Positions 18,643 through 29,705 are shown, counted from the stretch's first letter. The stretch is 64,000 nt of DNA from a virus (IMGVR_UViG_3300047546_002006:15219-79218), one strand, 5' to 3'. Numbers and translations are program-made. Notes: generated by a model from the letters alone, not told the origin.

Positions 18643-19398
18643 ATGTCTTACGTTCCAATTCGATCTGGATACACTGGACCCAGCGCGAAAATTGGTGGTT
18701 CAACCGATTATCACATCGATTTAAAATTACTTGAATCATTGCCGATTGGCGAGCGCGTAAAAGCATTAGATACACTTGCAAAGCAATACAGATCAATTGG
18801 ACGTGAGATTGAATTCTCTAATCCTGCTGTATCCGGTAGGCGCTGGAATCCTGAGTCTGATTTAAGTGATCGAGTACAGTTATTGAATCAAGCGGCTGCT
18901 GCTCATGGACATAGCCAGCATCCTGGTTGGCAATCGCTCGACTTTTATGTACCTTTTAAGGGCAAATCTCGTTTTGATCCTGGCGCAGTAGAAGATGCTT
19001 CTATTTTTATTCCAGGTGTAGCAGGAGGAAAAGTTAAACGTAGCTCTGGTGGTGGGTATGGCTACTTTTCTGAATCACTTAATCCACAAGGGCAAGTAAT
19101 CTTTAGAGTTGGACATGGCAACATTGATCGGCCTGAGCAGGAAGCAGAGCTTGCGATTCCCGGAGCACCTCAGTTACCTGGTCCTCAAGTTGTTCAAGGT
19201 CAAACACAACAACAACCTGAAGCACAGATAAGCGATAAAGAATTCCTCGAAAAATACATTAAAGAAAACCTTGAGAGTCAATTAATGAGTGGGATGCTAT
19301 CCGAAATGTTCCAACGCAAACGGAAAGATCCCTTTGCTGAGTTTCAGGAAATGATGCAGGCTTATGGTGTACCAGGTATTTCTAATCCCCTGCTTTAA
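18643..19398 (+). CDS. Peptidase M23-like protein, apparently circularly permuted
   Basis: GYTG...GSTDYHIDL, HPGWQSLDFYVP and GGKV...GGGYGY...RVGHG elements. Confidence 0.55.
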   Translation: MSYVPIRSGYTGPSAKIGGSTDYHIDLKLLESLPIGERVKALDTLAKQYRSIGREIEFSNPAVSGRRWNPESDLSDRVQLLNQAAAAHGHSQHPGWQSLDFYVPFKGKSRFDPGAVEDASIFIPGVAGGKVKRSSGGGYGYFSESLNPQGQVIFRVGHGNIDRPEQEAELAIPGAPQLPGPQVVQGQTQQQPEAQISDKEFLEKYIKENLESQLMSGMLSEMFQRKRKDPFAEFQEMMQAYGVPGISNPLL

Positions 19399-19437
19399 TT
19401 CAGTTCATCTATAATTAAAAACATACGGAAATAAACT

Positions 19438-19899
19438 GTGCAGCTGTCAGATTTTGACAAAAGTAGAGTCCGGTATCACCTGGGCTACTTCACGGTATCC
19501 GTGCCAGCGGGCGATTACGCGCGTTTAGAGGAAGCACTTAACACTGTTCCTGATTCGTATTTTTACGACAAAATTGTTATTCAATTAGGTCGTTGTGATA
19601 CGGCAGAAAAGAAAACTGAGGTTGCTACTTCTCCTTCCACGCGTCTTGAAAGCATTGCTGGCGACGTTGATCGTACGATTCGCTCCAGTAATGCACGAGA
19701 AGCATTAAAGGTTTGGGACGAAATCTACCTGTACGAAACCAATCGTCTTGCTGGAATCCTTTACGTGCCTAACTACAAAGATCCAATGCAAGCACGGTAT
19801 CGTTACGAACGATCTGGTGCAGAGTTTATTCAGGCATTACCAGGACCTGCAGATACTGCAATTGGTTCACGCATCTATTTACATGAGGTTTGGCGCTAA
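19438..19899 (+). CDS. Head-tail adaptor/connector protein (putative)
   Basis: 153-aa helical protein starting LSDFDKSRVRYHLGY, after the capsid operon. Confidence 0.6.
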   Translation: MQLSDFDKSRVRYHLGYFTVSVPAGDYARLEEALNTVPDSYFYDKIVIQLGRCDTAEKKTEVATSPSTRLESIAGDVDRTIRSSNAREALKVWDEIYLYETNRLAGILYVPNYKDPMQARYRYERSGAEFIQALPGPADTAIGSRIYLHEVWR

Positions 19900-21206
19900 T
19901 GAATCCGTTTCTCGCTCAGTTTATTCAACGTGCTCCTCAAGTATTAAGGGCTGTACAAGGTTTTGGTGCTAAAGCAGCGCCTAAAGCTGTACAAGGTGTT
20001 GTAGATACTGTTACAAATCCCCAGACATATCGCCGTTTAGCGGCTAGCGCAGAAAATACACTTCAACGCACATTACCAAAAGCATTTGCTGGTCCAAACT
20101 TTGGCAATATTCCTGCTCGTTTTACCGGTTTAATCAGTGATGTTGCACAGATGCCGGCTGGTTTAGCTCGTGATGTGCAATCTGGAATGGTTGGACGTGC
20201 AATTCAAGAAGCAGCTGGTTTTGCGCCACAACTATCCCGTGGTGCCAGTCAGGCTGCAACAGGTGCATTACGTGCTCCGGTCATTGGAGACGCACTGCGT
20301 GCAGGTCAATCTGTATTAACAAGTCCACTGCAGACTGCAATTCAAACCGGTGGTCAATTTGCCAGGGATCCTGGGTTACGCCGTGAGTTCTTGAAGCAAT
20401 TTGGTGGCACTACAGAGAAAGCAGCACGTGCTTTAAGCGGCACTACAAATGTTGGCCGCGTCGGCGGGTTACTGCAGAGCCTTTCTCCTGGTGGTGTGAC
20501 AGGACTGCGTGGATCACTTGCGCTGCCAGGTGCTCTTGGTGGCGCTGCATGGGAAGTCCCTAATATAATCGAAGCAAGTAGTTGGTTGGGTGATCGCTTG
20601 TCTGATGTTGGCATTGGATATGATCCGCGCAGAGATCCTCGTGTTACACCAATTCAAAATCGTCCAGTTGTAAATCCTGGTGAACTTGCACCCGATTACA
20701 GTGGCGCCGCAGATCGTGCAGCTCGTTTTGCTCAATATGCAAACATGGGCCAAGGATTACAAGATGCTAACCTGACTCCTGGTGCAACACCACCAAACCA
20801 ACCTGCTCCCCCACCGCCGCAGTTACCTGCTGCTCGGGGCTCAGTTGAGCAGCAAGCCGGACAACCGACTTTACCACCACCTCCAGGCGGCATGCTTGGT
20901 CAAGTGGTTCTGTCGAACGGGGCCGGTGTTCCCGCACAACGTCAGAATGTTCAAGAACGCGCACTCTCTCAAGAAGTACTTAATGCTGCTCAGCAGTACG
21001 CTGCTCCTACAGGTGTCCCCCTTCCTTCCTTCTATGCGGGCCAGCAGCAATTGGGTAGGAGTATGGCACAGACTGGAGAGTTGCAACGGCGTCTGACGGA
21101 TCTTGGAGCTGCTCCGGATATGCAACAGGAGGCTCTGAAGTCCTGGGTGAGAGAGAACCCTGGTCTTGCTTACCGCGAACTGATGAAACTCCAGAGAGGC
21201 CAGTGA
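19899..21206 (+). CDS. Hypothetical virion internal protein
   Basis: ATG at 19899 by TAATG coupling; Ala/Gly/Pro-rich. Confidence 0.6.
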   Translation: MNPFLAQFIQRAPQVLRAVQGFGAKAAPKAVQGVVDTVTNPQTYRRLAASAENTLQRTLPKAFAGPNFGNIPARFTGLISDVAQMPAGLARDVQSGMVGRAIQEAAGFAPQLSRGASQAATGALRAPVIGDALRAGQSVLTSPLQTAIQTGGQFARDPGLRREFLKQFGGTTEKAARALSGTTNVGRVGGLLQSLSPGGVTGLRGSLALPGALGGAAWEVPNIIEASSWLGDRLSDVGIGYDPRRDPRVTPIQNRPVVNPGELAPDYSGAADRAARFAQYANMGQGLQDANLTPGATPPNQPAPPPPQLPAARGSVEQQAGQPTLPPPPGGMLGQVVLSNGAGVPAQRQNVQERALSQEVLNAAQQYAAPTGVPLPSFYAGQQQLGRSMAQTGELQRRLTDLGAAPDMQQEALKSWVRENPGLAYRELMKLQRGQ

Positions 21207-21904
21207 AAACCATGCCAGCAAATCCAATTCGTCAAAAATACGAACAGATCTTAAACAAACCTTATTCTCAAGGTTTGTTAAATATGATCCGGACCGGCGA
21301 AGGCACTGCTGGGCCAGAAGGATATCGCACGCAGTTTACTGGCAAGTTGTTTGATACATCCAGAGGATGGCGCCATCCTAACGAGGCAATTTCTTCTGGT
21401 GGATACACAAGCACAGCCGCTGGAGCCTATCAGTTTTTAACACCTACATGGAACGAAGCAGCAAGAACGCTAGGTTTAACCAGCATGGATCCACGTTCCC
21501 AAGATCTTGCTGCGTTGTATCTTGCTGATAGAAGAGGTGCTTTAGGCATCCTTCAACAAGGTGGCAAATTGGTCGATGTTGCAGATAAGCTGGCGCCTGA
21601 ATGGGCTTCTATCCCAACAAGAGAAGGGAAAAGTTACTACGGGCAACCTGTTAAAAGTATGTCTGACCTTGCAAAAGCATACGAACAAGGCAAGGCGCGA
21701 GTTGTTGGATCCCCTGCAGTAACAACAACAACAGTACAAAAGCCACAAGTACAACCCCAGCTTGCAGGGCAAGCAGATCCTGCATTAATGAATATGGCGC
21801 AGCAGTTGGTTGCACCATTGGTTGGTTCGTTCTTAAATCGAGGCAGTAGCCCAACTTCTTCTTTTGGTAATTTTTTGAATATGTTCGGATCAATGCTTCG
21901 GTAA
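21203..21904 (+). CDS. Lambda-R-like lysozyme/lytic transglycosylase (GH104), probably virion-associated
   Basis: IRTGEGT catalytic Glu, STAAGAYQFL..TW, SQDLAA, EWASIP motifs. Confidence 0.9.
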   Translation: MKTMPANPIRQKYEQILNKPYSQGLLNMIRTGEGTAGPEGYRTQFTGKLFDTSRGWRHPNEAISSGGYTSTAAGAYQFLTPTWNEAARTLGLTSMDPRSQDLAALYLADRRGALGILQQGGKLVDVADKLAPEWASIPTREGKSYYGQPVKSMSDLAKAYEQGKARVVGSPAVTTTTVQKPQVQPQLAGQADPALMNMAQQLVAPLVGSFLNRGSSPTSSFGNFLNMFGSMLR

Positions 21905-21937
21905 CGTCTATAATAAGTAAAAATAGGAAGTATAGCC

Positions 21938-22723
21938 TTGGCCTCGACATCTACTAATAAACAACCAATGTTGGTTGATCGGCCGTTATTTGATTCGGTT
22001 CGAGTAACTACACAAACAGTTGGTAGTGCTTCTACGAATACATTATTTGTACAAGGCGGCCAGGCTCCATCCATTCTTGTTGATATGGATGCCGGATTAG
22101 AAGAAGATAATAATAGTGGTGGTGTTGTAGACTCCATTACAATCGCACGTAATGATTTTTATAGGGATGCAGATTACACGGTCAATGCGTCGACTTCTGG
22201 TACTCCTGTATCTCTTGTCAGTGGTCAAATTGTTTTTATTTCTTCCACTGGGGTCTTGACTGGTGGAGGTGCGCCGTTTAGTGGTTATGGTTACTATCAA
22301 TACACTGGTGCAACTACGTTGACGGGTATCAATACTGCTCTTAATTATTCAGGCGGTATTGCATCTGGCTTTGATTACAAAGGTGTTGCTTACGGTTATC
22401 AACCAGCGGTGACTTTTGTTTTCTACCAAACCCGTGGCACAACGACACCTATTCCCGCTTCTGGGGATTACCGCTTACTCTTTTCTAAAACAGTTCCGGC
22501 AGATAGTGGAATTGTTGATTGTTCTGATGTGATGCCACAACTTGCGGTACCCTCTGTTTCTGCTGGTAATACCAATGGCTTAGGTGCAACTGCGCCACTA
22601 CGCAATAAAGGGATTTACCTGGAGCGCGGCGATCGTTTATACGTTGGCGTGTTTCCCGATGGCCCAAATAGTTCAGGTTATATTCCAGGTGTACACATTA
22701 CTGCGCAGGGCGGGTTCTTCTGA
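21938..22723 (+). CDS. Virion structural (tail-associated) protein
   Basis: Beta-rich; C-terminal GIYLERGDRLYVG...AQGGFF; TTG start after TATAAT. Confidence 0.6.
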   Translation: MASTSTNKQPMLVDRPLFDSVRVTTQTVGSASTNTLFVQGGQAPSILVDMDAGLEEDNNSGGVVDSITIARNDFYRDADYTVNASTSGTPVSLVSGQIVFISSTGVLTGGGAPFSGYGYYQYTGATTLTGINTALNYSGGIASGFDYKGVAYGYQPAVTFVFYQTRGTTTPIPASGDYRLLFSKTVPADSGIVDCSDVMPQLAVPSVSAGNTNGLGATAPLRNKGIYLERGDRLYVGVFPDGPNSSGYIPGVHITAQGGFF

Positions 22724-22725
22724 TC

Positions 22726-24360
22726 ATGGCCAAAAAGAGTGGCAACTCTTTTGGTGATTTTACACAAGTAAAAGACTTTGTGCCTCGCAAGGTACAGCCG
22801 ATTAAAACTGAATTTTCCAAAGGATCAATTCCCGATTCTTTTTATGCAGTTAATAGGGAATCTTCATGGACGCGCTGGCGGCGTGGCTATGAACTGGCAA
22901 CTGCAACAGTAACCGATACAGCATACGAATATCCATTTAATTATCAAATTCCACTGCCACAAGGTGTGCAACAGAGTGGTAATAACCCACCTACAATTCC
23001 GGGAATTTTCAAGGGGTTCCCAACTGTCCACAAAGAATTTGGTATGCACTGGGCAGGCATACGCGTTGCTGGAAGCCTAAGATTTGACAATATACGAAAC
23101 ACAAGAGTCACCAATCCTTTTTATTGGCACGACGCACAATTTAATGATTACGAAAATATCGGTCAATGGTTTGATCCGGAGTTCTATATCACTAACAGTA
23201 TTGCGTCCATTGAGTCTGTTACAGAAGATGATGAGTATTGGTACGTAAAGATTAAAGGTGATTGGAGTACTCAAAACCCACTTCCTCCACCGCTTTATGT
23301 GCCAATCCCAGGTGTACCTGGCGGTCTAAAAGCAATTAATGGTGAAGTACTTGAAGATCGAATTATTGAAGCAAATGGTGTGCCAATCACCAGAGACACG
23401 ATTGATCCAACAACACAAAAACGTTATGGATATGTCCAAGCTATTTTGGTTGACACTAATCCTTTTACAGGTGTTTTAACACTAAGAAAAAGAGGATCAG
23501 TAGAAGCAACCCCAGACCGCGCTTTGGTTACGCCAGCAACAAGACCACCGAATGTGGGTCGATTTTTCATGACCGGCACACGTTATTGCTGTTCATGTCA
23601 AGATTTCAATCGTCGTGATTTTATGTTCATGACAAATTTAAAAGGAGGCAATTGGAAGCCATTCCCAAGAAATACTATTAGTACTGTTAAACCAGGTCGT
23701 CGTGAGATCATCACACTTAGCGGATTATTAAATAATGCAGCCATGACACCTGGTGCAACAAACCGTGACATGGCTATCATTTCACCCGCAGTGGAATATA
23801 ACGTACCTCCAACTATTACACCAACATCAACAACAGTATCTGGAACAGCACGCGACAACCCTGGTGTATATACAGATTTTGGATCTGTTTACCTACGCGG
23901 AACAAACCCTGCCCTACCAGGGAGCAAGGCAGATGGTATGGTGACATATGAAGATTACGCAACTTCAAATGAAGAGCTGACCTCTCTTACTGATACATGG
24001 ACTCCTTTACTAGATGAATTTCGCTATTGCAAACACATTTATGCCATGCGATTTAAAGAAGGCGTGTTTCCACCAGAGCCTTCTGATATCCCCGTTGAAA
24101 ATGGTAGTCTTGTATCCTGGGAGCAAAAGCTAGTTTCTGATAATGAAAAAGACCAAGAAAAAATACGCGTAGAACTTGCACGTCAATCTTTGTCATACAT
24201 GGATGTACCGCCCTATAACTGTCAATCTCCAATGATGATGCCAATGATGCAGAAACTGTTTAATGTGCCAAGTAGCTTTGTTCGCATGCAAGGTTTTACC
24301 ATGTATGACAAAGAAGGCAATCAATACATTCCATCTCAGAATCAAAAACCAGCAACTTAA
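22726..24360 (+). CDS. Putative tail protein with split SWIM-like Zn-finger motif
   Basis: CSCQDF ... CKHIYA motif halves. Confidence 0.55.
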   Translation: MAKKSGNSFGDFTQVKDFVPRKVQPIKTEFSKGSIPDSFYAVNRESSWTRWRRGYELATATVTDTAYEYPFNYQIPLPQGVQQSGNNPPTIPGIFKGFPTVHKEFGMHWAGIRVAGSLRFDNIRNTRVTNPFYWHDAQFNDYENIGQWFDPEFYITNSIASIESVTEDDEYWYVKIKGDWSTQNPLPPPLYVPIPGVPGGLKAINGEVLEDRIIEANGVPITRDTIDPTTQKRYGYVQAILVDTNPFTGVLTLRKRGSVEATPDRALVTPATRPPNVGRFFMTGTRYCCSCQDFNRRDFMFMTNLKGGNWKPFPRNTISTVKPGRREIITLSGLLNNAAMTPGATNRDMAIISPAVEYNVPPTITPTSTTVSGTARDNPGVYTDFGSVYLRGTNPALPGSKADGMVTYEDYATSNEELTSLTDTWTPLLDEFRYCKHIYAMRFKEGVFPPEPSDIPVENGSLVSWEQKLVSDNEKDQEKIRVELARQSLSYMDVPPYNCQSPMMMPMMQKLFNVPSSFVRMQGFTMYDKEGNQYIPSQNQKPAT

Positions 24361-24402
24361 ACTTCGTCTACAATAGGAATACTGCTTCAAGGTATTGCCA
24401 AT

Positions 24403-27279
24403 ATGTTGCTTCTTACGTCGACTGTCGATATCGTTCAGATCGTAGCGACAAGTGCAACACAATTAGAAATCCATGCTTCTTATGCAGACAATGCATCAGG
24501 AGTGGTTACCGCTGGGCGCAAAGACACTATTGTTACAACTGCTACAACCGCTACAATCGTTAGTTCTCCTGCTCAAAATATTCAACGCAATGTACGTACG
24601 ATTGTTGTACGCAATGATGATCCATCAACTTCCAACACTATAAAAGTAGAGCATTACGACGGCACCAATACGATTACACTTTGGTATGGTGCTTTAGCAG
24701 CAGGAGAAGAAGCAATACTTAGCCAGGAAGGCACATGGCATGTCTACGATATTACTGGGTTAGAAAAAAACTATAATGTAATTGGACCGACTGGTCCAAC
24801 AGGTCCTTCTGGTGGGCCTACTGGTCCACAAGGGGCAACAGGCCCACTAGGTCCTACTGGACCCACAGGCCCAACAGGTGCAACAGGCCCACAAGGTGCA
24901 ACAGGACCGCAAGGGACAACTGGTCCTATCGGCCCTTCTGGTGCGACAGGCGTACAAGGTGCAACCGGTGTTCAAGGCAGTACAGGTATACAAGGCCCCT
25001 CGGGTGCCACTGGAGTACAAGGTGCCACAGGCATTCAAGGTCCAACAGGAACACAAGGTTCGACTGGCCCTCAAGGTACAACAGGCCCCACGGGATTACA
25101 GGGAACTACTGGTCCTACAGGCGTACAAGGTGCCACGGGTCCACAAGGTGCTACTGGAATTGAGGGTCCAACTGGGGTAACAGGCGTACAAGGTGCCACA
25201 GGTCCGCAGGGTACAACAGGTCCCACTGGAGCAACTGGTGTTACAGGCGTTCAAGGAGCCACAGGTGTACAAGGAGCTACTGGTCCGCAGGGAACCACTG
25301 GCCCCACTGGAGTACAAGGTGTCACAGGACCGATTGGCCCCACAGGCGCTACTGGTATTCAAGGGCCTACGGGAGCCACGGGTCCGCAAGGATTTTCGTC
25401 TAGTGTTTTTAAATATCAAGCCAAAACAACGGCAACCAGTGGATATCCAGGGGACGGTTTTATCTTATGGAATAACGCCACCCAAACCAGTGCGTCAACT
25501 ATTCTTGTTAGTCATTTAACATTTGACAATGTTGATGCAGATATTTTTCTTTCTCAATTAGAGCAAACAGAGCAAATTACGATTCAAGATCAAAGCGCAA
25601 GTGCCAATTTTCAAGTATGGACAATTAATGGTACGCCAACCAACACAAACCCTGGCGCCGCTAATAGTTATTGGTCTTATCCTGTAACACTTTCAAGCTC
25701 CGGTGGAACAGGAACAACAAACTTTGCAAATAACCTCAATATTTTTATTGCTTTAACAAGTGGTGTTGATGGTGCCACTGGTGCCACTGGTGTTGCTGGC
25801 CCAACAGGTGCTACAGGTCCACAGGGCGTCACTGGTGCTACAGGTATTGGAATCACTGGTGCCACAGGTGCGACAGGGGTACAAGGTGTTCAAGGCACTA
25901 CAGGTCCCACTGGGGCAACTGGTGTTGCCGGCCCAACAGGCGCTACGGGTCCGCAAGGCACTACAGGTCCCACTGGAGTGCAAGGTATAGAAGGACCAAC
26001 CGGAGCCACAGGCGTACAAGGTGCTACTGGTATTCAAGGCACTACAGGTCCCACAGGCGTACAAGGTGCCACTGGTATTCAAGGCCCCAGCGGTCCCACA
26101 GGCGCTACTGGAGTACAAGGTGCCACAGGTATTCAAGGTGCCACTGGTGCTACTGGAGTACAAGGAATCACAGGACCTACAGGTGCCACTGGTGTACAAG
26201 GTGCCACTGGTGCAACAGGTGTACAAGGAATTACTGGACCCACCGGTGCCACTGGCGTTGAAGGACCCACTGGTGCAACAGGAGTGCAAGGGCCAACAGG
26301 CGCTACAGGTGTGCAAGGTGCTACGGGTGCCACTGGTGTTGCGACCATCGGCGGCAGTAATGGCCAGGTTCAGTACAATAACTCTGGAGCATTTGGTGGT
26401 GCCGCTGACGTAACTATCGAAAGCGGCGATCTTGTATTACTAAACCAAGCTTCTATTACATCTCCAACTGGCACGGGCACAAAGCTTGGAGCGCAATCAA
26501 TTGGCGGCAGGTCACTTTTGGTCGCTAAAAATAATTCATCTTCAGCGGCTTATGCAATACAGCCTACGCTTGCGCAAAATCGAGTTAATATGTGGATTGG
26601 TATCGTCAATAACTCAACACTCGGCACTTTTGGTACAACTGCTTTTACTGCAACAGGCACAAACACCGCTACAGCGGTAGCAACAACTAATCGTTTTACA
26701 AGAACTCAAAGACTTGAATATCTTGTTACTGTTGCTGCTGCAACCGCAGTTGCGGGCTGGCGAATTGTAAACAACGTTTGGAGTATTGGTGGAACAGCAA
26801 GTGATGAAGGTGGATTCTATTTTATTTGCCGCTGGGGTCCAGCAACAGGCGTTGCAACAACAACAAACCGTGCATTCGTTGGCATGACTAACTCTACAGT
26901 GGCGCCAACAGACGTTGAACCAAGTTCCATTACAAACATCGTTGGCATGGGCTGGGATGCTGCAGATGCAAACATACAAATGATGCATCGTGGTACTGGC
27001 GCCGTTACAAAAATTGATCTTGGCGCTAGTTTTGCTGTGCCGACAACAGATCGAACAAAGGTATATGAGTTGGCAATGTTCTCGCCTCCGGGATCAACAC
27101 AATCGGTTTCTTACTTAGTAACAGACTTGGTCACCGGATCCACAGCAAGTGGCAGCATTACAACAAACATGCCTACTACCACCACGCTCTTGTCTCCACG
27201 AGGGTGGATGAGCGTTGGAGGCACAAGTAGTGTGATTGGCATTGCTTTTATGAGTTGCTATATTGAAACAGATTATTGA
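24403..27279 (+). CDS. Collagen-like tail fibre
   Basis: Two long Gly-X-Y tracts (GPT/GAT/GVQ) separated by a globular insert; C-terminal beta-rich head. Confidence 0.9.
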   Translation: MLLLTSTVDIVQIVATSATQLEIHASYADNASGVVTAGRKDTIVTTATTATIVSSPAQNIQRNVRTIVVRNDDPSTSNTIKVEHYDGTNTITLWYGALAAGEEAILSQEGTWHVYDITGLEKNYNVIGPTGPTGPSGGPTGPQGATGPLGPTGPTGPTGATGPQGATGPQGTTGPIGPSGATGVQGATGVQGSTGIQGPSGATGVQGATGIQGPTGTQGSTGPQGTTGPTGLQGTTGPTGVQGATGPQGATGIEGPTGVTGVQGATGPQGTTGPTGATGVTGVQGATGVQGATGPQGTTGPTGVQGVTGPIGPTGATGIQGPTGATGPQGFSSSVFKYQAKTTATSGYPGDGFILWNNATQTSASTILVSHLTFDNVDADIFLSQLEQTEQITIQDQSASANFQVWTINGTPTNTNPGAANSYWSYPVTLSSSGGTGTTNFANNLNIFIALTSGVDGATGATGVAGPTGATGPQGVTGATGIGITGATGATGVQGVQGTTGPTGATGVAGPTGATGPQGTTGPTGVQGIEGPTGATGVQGATGIQGTTGPTGVQGATGIQGPSGPTGATGVQGATGIQGATGATGVQGITGPTGATGVQGATGATGVQGITGPTGATGVEGPTGATGVQGPTGATGVQGATGATGVATIGGSNGQVQYNNSGAFGGAADVTIESGDLVLLNQASITSPTGTGTKLGAQSIGGRSLLVAKNNSSSAAYAIQPTLAQNRVNMWIGIVNNSTLGTFGTTAFTATGTNTATAVATTNRFTRTQRLEYLVTVAAATAVAGWRIVNNVWSIGGTASDEGGFYFICRWGPATGVATTTNRAFVGMTNSTVAPTDVEPSSITNIVGMGWDAADANIQMMHRGTGAVTKIDLGASFAVPTTDRTKVYELAMFSPPGSTQSVSYLVTDLVTGSTASGSITTNMPTTTTLLSPRGWMSVGGTSSVIGIAFMSCYIETDY
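24784..26340 (+). repeat. Gly-X-Y collagen repeats in two tracts (about 24784-25395 and 25762-26340)
   Basis: 9-nt periodic GGN-NNN-ACN / GGN-NNN-CAA pattern. Confidence 0.95.
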
Positions 27280-27326
27280 CGCCATAAATCCGATTGGTTA
27301 CTATACCTAAAGCTTAGGTTTTTTAA

Positions 27327-28943
27327 ATGCGGCTGCATTTGGTTGGTATTTTTCATACCCTTGCAAAAAGCAGTTATTCACATTGTGCTTTTACAGGAAA
27401 AGCCCTTCGTTTCCCGCGCATGATGCAAGCGCAAGGATATGAAGTCATTGAGTACAGTAATGAAGGAAGCGAAGCAAATGCAACTGAGCATGTCACCATG
27501 CTTACGTCATACGAATTTGACGAGCTATATGGACAACGAAAAGACACTGAATTCTATGGTGATAATGCAACGGTAGGTAGTACCGGTCATCAAAAATTTG
27601 AAGAACGCCTAATCGTTGAAATGCGCAAACGTCTGGAGCCAGGCGATATTATCTGTCATCCATTTGGACACGCACATCAAATCCTGATGGATAAATTTCC
27701 AGATTACAAGCATGTAGAAACTGGAATAGGCTATCCAACATTAATGCCTAATAGTTTTCGCATCTTTGAGTCATACGCCTGGATGCACTATCATCAAGGC
27801 AAAGAAAACAGGCAGGGACGTAACTATGAATGGGTTGTGCCCAACTATTTTGATATTGAAGAATGGGAGCCAAATTATGAGCCTGGACAGTATTTAGCTT
27901 TCCTCGGTCGTATTTGTTCCGTCAAGGGAATGGATACAATTTTGGAAATAGCTAAATATAGTCCATGGCCCATTGTCATTCATGGACAAGGTGACCCCAT
28001 GCCCTGGAGCCATCCCAACATTCATTATGGAGGCCCAATTTCTGGTAAAGCACGTTCTGATTTTCTGCGTAATGCACGTGCGGCTTTAATGCCCACAAAC
28101 TTTACAGAACCATTTGGCGGCAGTGGAGTAGAAGCAATGCTGTGCGGTACACCATTGATTGCGGTTGATTACGGGGCATTTACAGAAACCATATCTAATG
28201 GCATCACTGGATTTAGATGTCATACCCTCCAGGAATGGCTTGATGCCATTGTTGATGTTGATCTATTAGATCGAAGAGTAGTTGCAGCTAATGCACGCAG
28301 TCGATACAGCCTGGATGCATGCGGTAAACAATATGATCAAATCTTTAGAACGCTAGATAATTTGCAACACAAGGGATGGTATGAATTACGCGGCATTGAA
28401 ACGCAAGCCATTGATTACTCTTTTTTAGATCAAGAAGAAAAGCCATTTGCACAACGTCTTGTTCCTTATCTTGTTGATACTTTTAAGCCAGATACTGTAC
28501 TTGATCTTGGCTGCGGCCCAGGTACATATGTCAATGTATTTAATGACTTAGGCGTTGACTGCATTGGTTACGACACAGACGTGCGTGTCAAAGGTATGCC
28601 AAATATTTATTGCAAGAGCCTACATGAAGCAGAAGAGAAAGCAGACCTTGTTCTGTGTATGGAGGTAGCAGAACACATTGATTCTTCTCAGAATGAATCA
28701 ATTGTTCAAGTTATGTATGACGCTTTAAACCCAGGGGGAGTTTTAATTTGGACCGCTGCAAAACCAGGTCAAGGCGGCGTAGGACACATTAATTGCCAAG
28801 AAAAAACATATTGGGAAAAACTATTAAATGCAACTGGTTTAGTTCGTGATACTGTTGAAGAACAAAAAACCATCGAATATATCCGCAATGGATATCATAT
28901 GGGTTGGTTTTTACAAAACCTTATGATCTATAGAAAACCATGA
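27327..28943 (+). CDS. GT4-type (GT-B) glycosyltransferase fused to a class I SAM methyltransferase
   Basis: LGRICSVKG and EPFGGSGVEAMLCGTP (EX7E); VLDLGCGPG, CMEVAEHI, LNPGG. Confidence 0.92.
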   Translation: MRLHLVGIFHTLAKSSYSHCAFTGKALRFPRMMQAQGYEVIEYSNEGSEANATEHVTMLTSYEFDELYGQRKDTEFYGDNATVGSTGHQKFEERLIVEMRKRLEPGDIICHPFGHAHQILMDKFPDYKHVETGIGYPTLMPNSFRIFESYAWMHYHQGKENRQGRNYEWVVPNYFDIEEWEPNYEPGQYLAFLGRICSVKGMDTILEIAKYSPWPIVIHGQGDPMPWSHPNIHYGGPISGKARSDFLRNARAALMPTNFTEPFGGSGVEAMLCGTPLIAVDYGAFTETISNGITGFRCHTLQEWLDAIVDVDLLDRRVVAANARSRYSLDACGKQYDQIFRTLDNLQHKGWYELRGIETQAIDYSFLDQEEKPFAQRLVPYLVDTFKPDTVLDLGCGPGTYVNVFNDLGVDCIGYDTDVRVKGMPNIYCKSLHEAEEKADLVLCMEVAEHIDSSQNESIVQVMYDALNPGGVLIWTAAKPGQGGVGHINCQEKTYWEKLLNATGLVRDTVEEQKTIEYIRNGYHMGWFLQNLMIYRKP

Positions 28944-29173
28944 CTAACACACCAAGCTTTGGTGACGTGGTGGATTCAACTTCACCAGCATCCCAAGAAC
29001 AATTAGCTAAGCGCCAATACGGTTTTAGTACCATTTCTTACGACGGTTCTCCAACTGTTTACAAAGGAGGTGACGTTGTTCATCTCCCATATGAGATAAC
29101 AGAAAAATCAACGATGGAAGCAATAGGGCTTGCTTGGGCAGCATATGCGGAAGGTATTCCCGCACAAGAATAA
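28940..29173 (+). CDS. Hypothetical protein
   Basis: 77 aa, ATGA coupling. Confidence 0.65.
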   Translation: MTNTPSFGDVVDSTSPASQEQLAKRQYGFSTISYDGSPTVYKGGDVVHLPYEITEKSTMEAIGLAWAAYAEGIPAQE

Positions 29174-29273
29174 GGATACTTAATGGATTAAAAGCAATAG
29201 ATTAAAATATCTTTAAGCACTTGCGAGGGTGTACCGGCTTTTTCTATGGTCGGTGCATCTAGCTCAATTCAGT

Positions 29274-29705
29274 ATGTCCCACTCTCCTCCACTTGATCAA
29301 CGCATTGTCGATGAGTATTTCTCACTGGTTTCCAGGCGTAAAAACGAAGGCATCGCCTGGCTTTTTGGTATGACAGCAACCTTTGGCCTTACGCCAGAGC
29401 AATTTAAAAATGCAGGTGGCTTTACCTGGGATGGCAACAACTTGATTATCGCAGGACGTAAACGAGCCATACGTCCTCTACATCCACAGTGGGTGCTTCT
29501 TTTCCAGCTAAAAGAAAAGCAGCCCCACGATGTGTGGAGCTGCTGGAGTCCCCTTGTGTCACGTCTGTATCGGGCTATGGCTCTCCAGGAGATCAGTATG
29601 AATGTCACTGATTTGATCCTGGCTCATAGCATGCGTAAAAGATATTATTCCTCCATCAAGCGGCAGCGGCAACGGGCTGCTCAATCTTTCGCAAGTGCTT
29701 CCTGA
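29274..29705 (+). CDS. Degenerate tyrosine-recombinase-like protein
   Basis: WLFGMTATFGLTPEQ and RPLHPQWV..F.L resemble cyanobacterial integrase boxes; catalytic Arg and His-x-x-Arg are absent. Confidence 0.6.
   Translation: MSHSPPLDQRIVDEYFSLVSRRKNEGIAWLFGMTATFGLTPEQFKNAGGFTWDGNNLIIAGRKRAIRPLHPQWVLLFQLKEKQPHDVWSCWSPLVSRLYRAMALQEISMNVTDLILAHSMRKRYYSSIKRQRQRAAQSFASAS

Noticed and set aside
24847-26413. Alternative-frame and antisense ORFs in the collagen tracts
   Set aside because: By-products of the 9-nt periodicity
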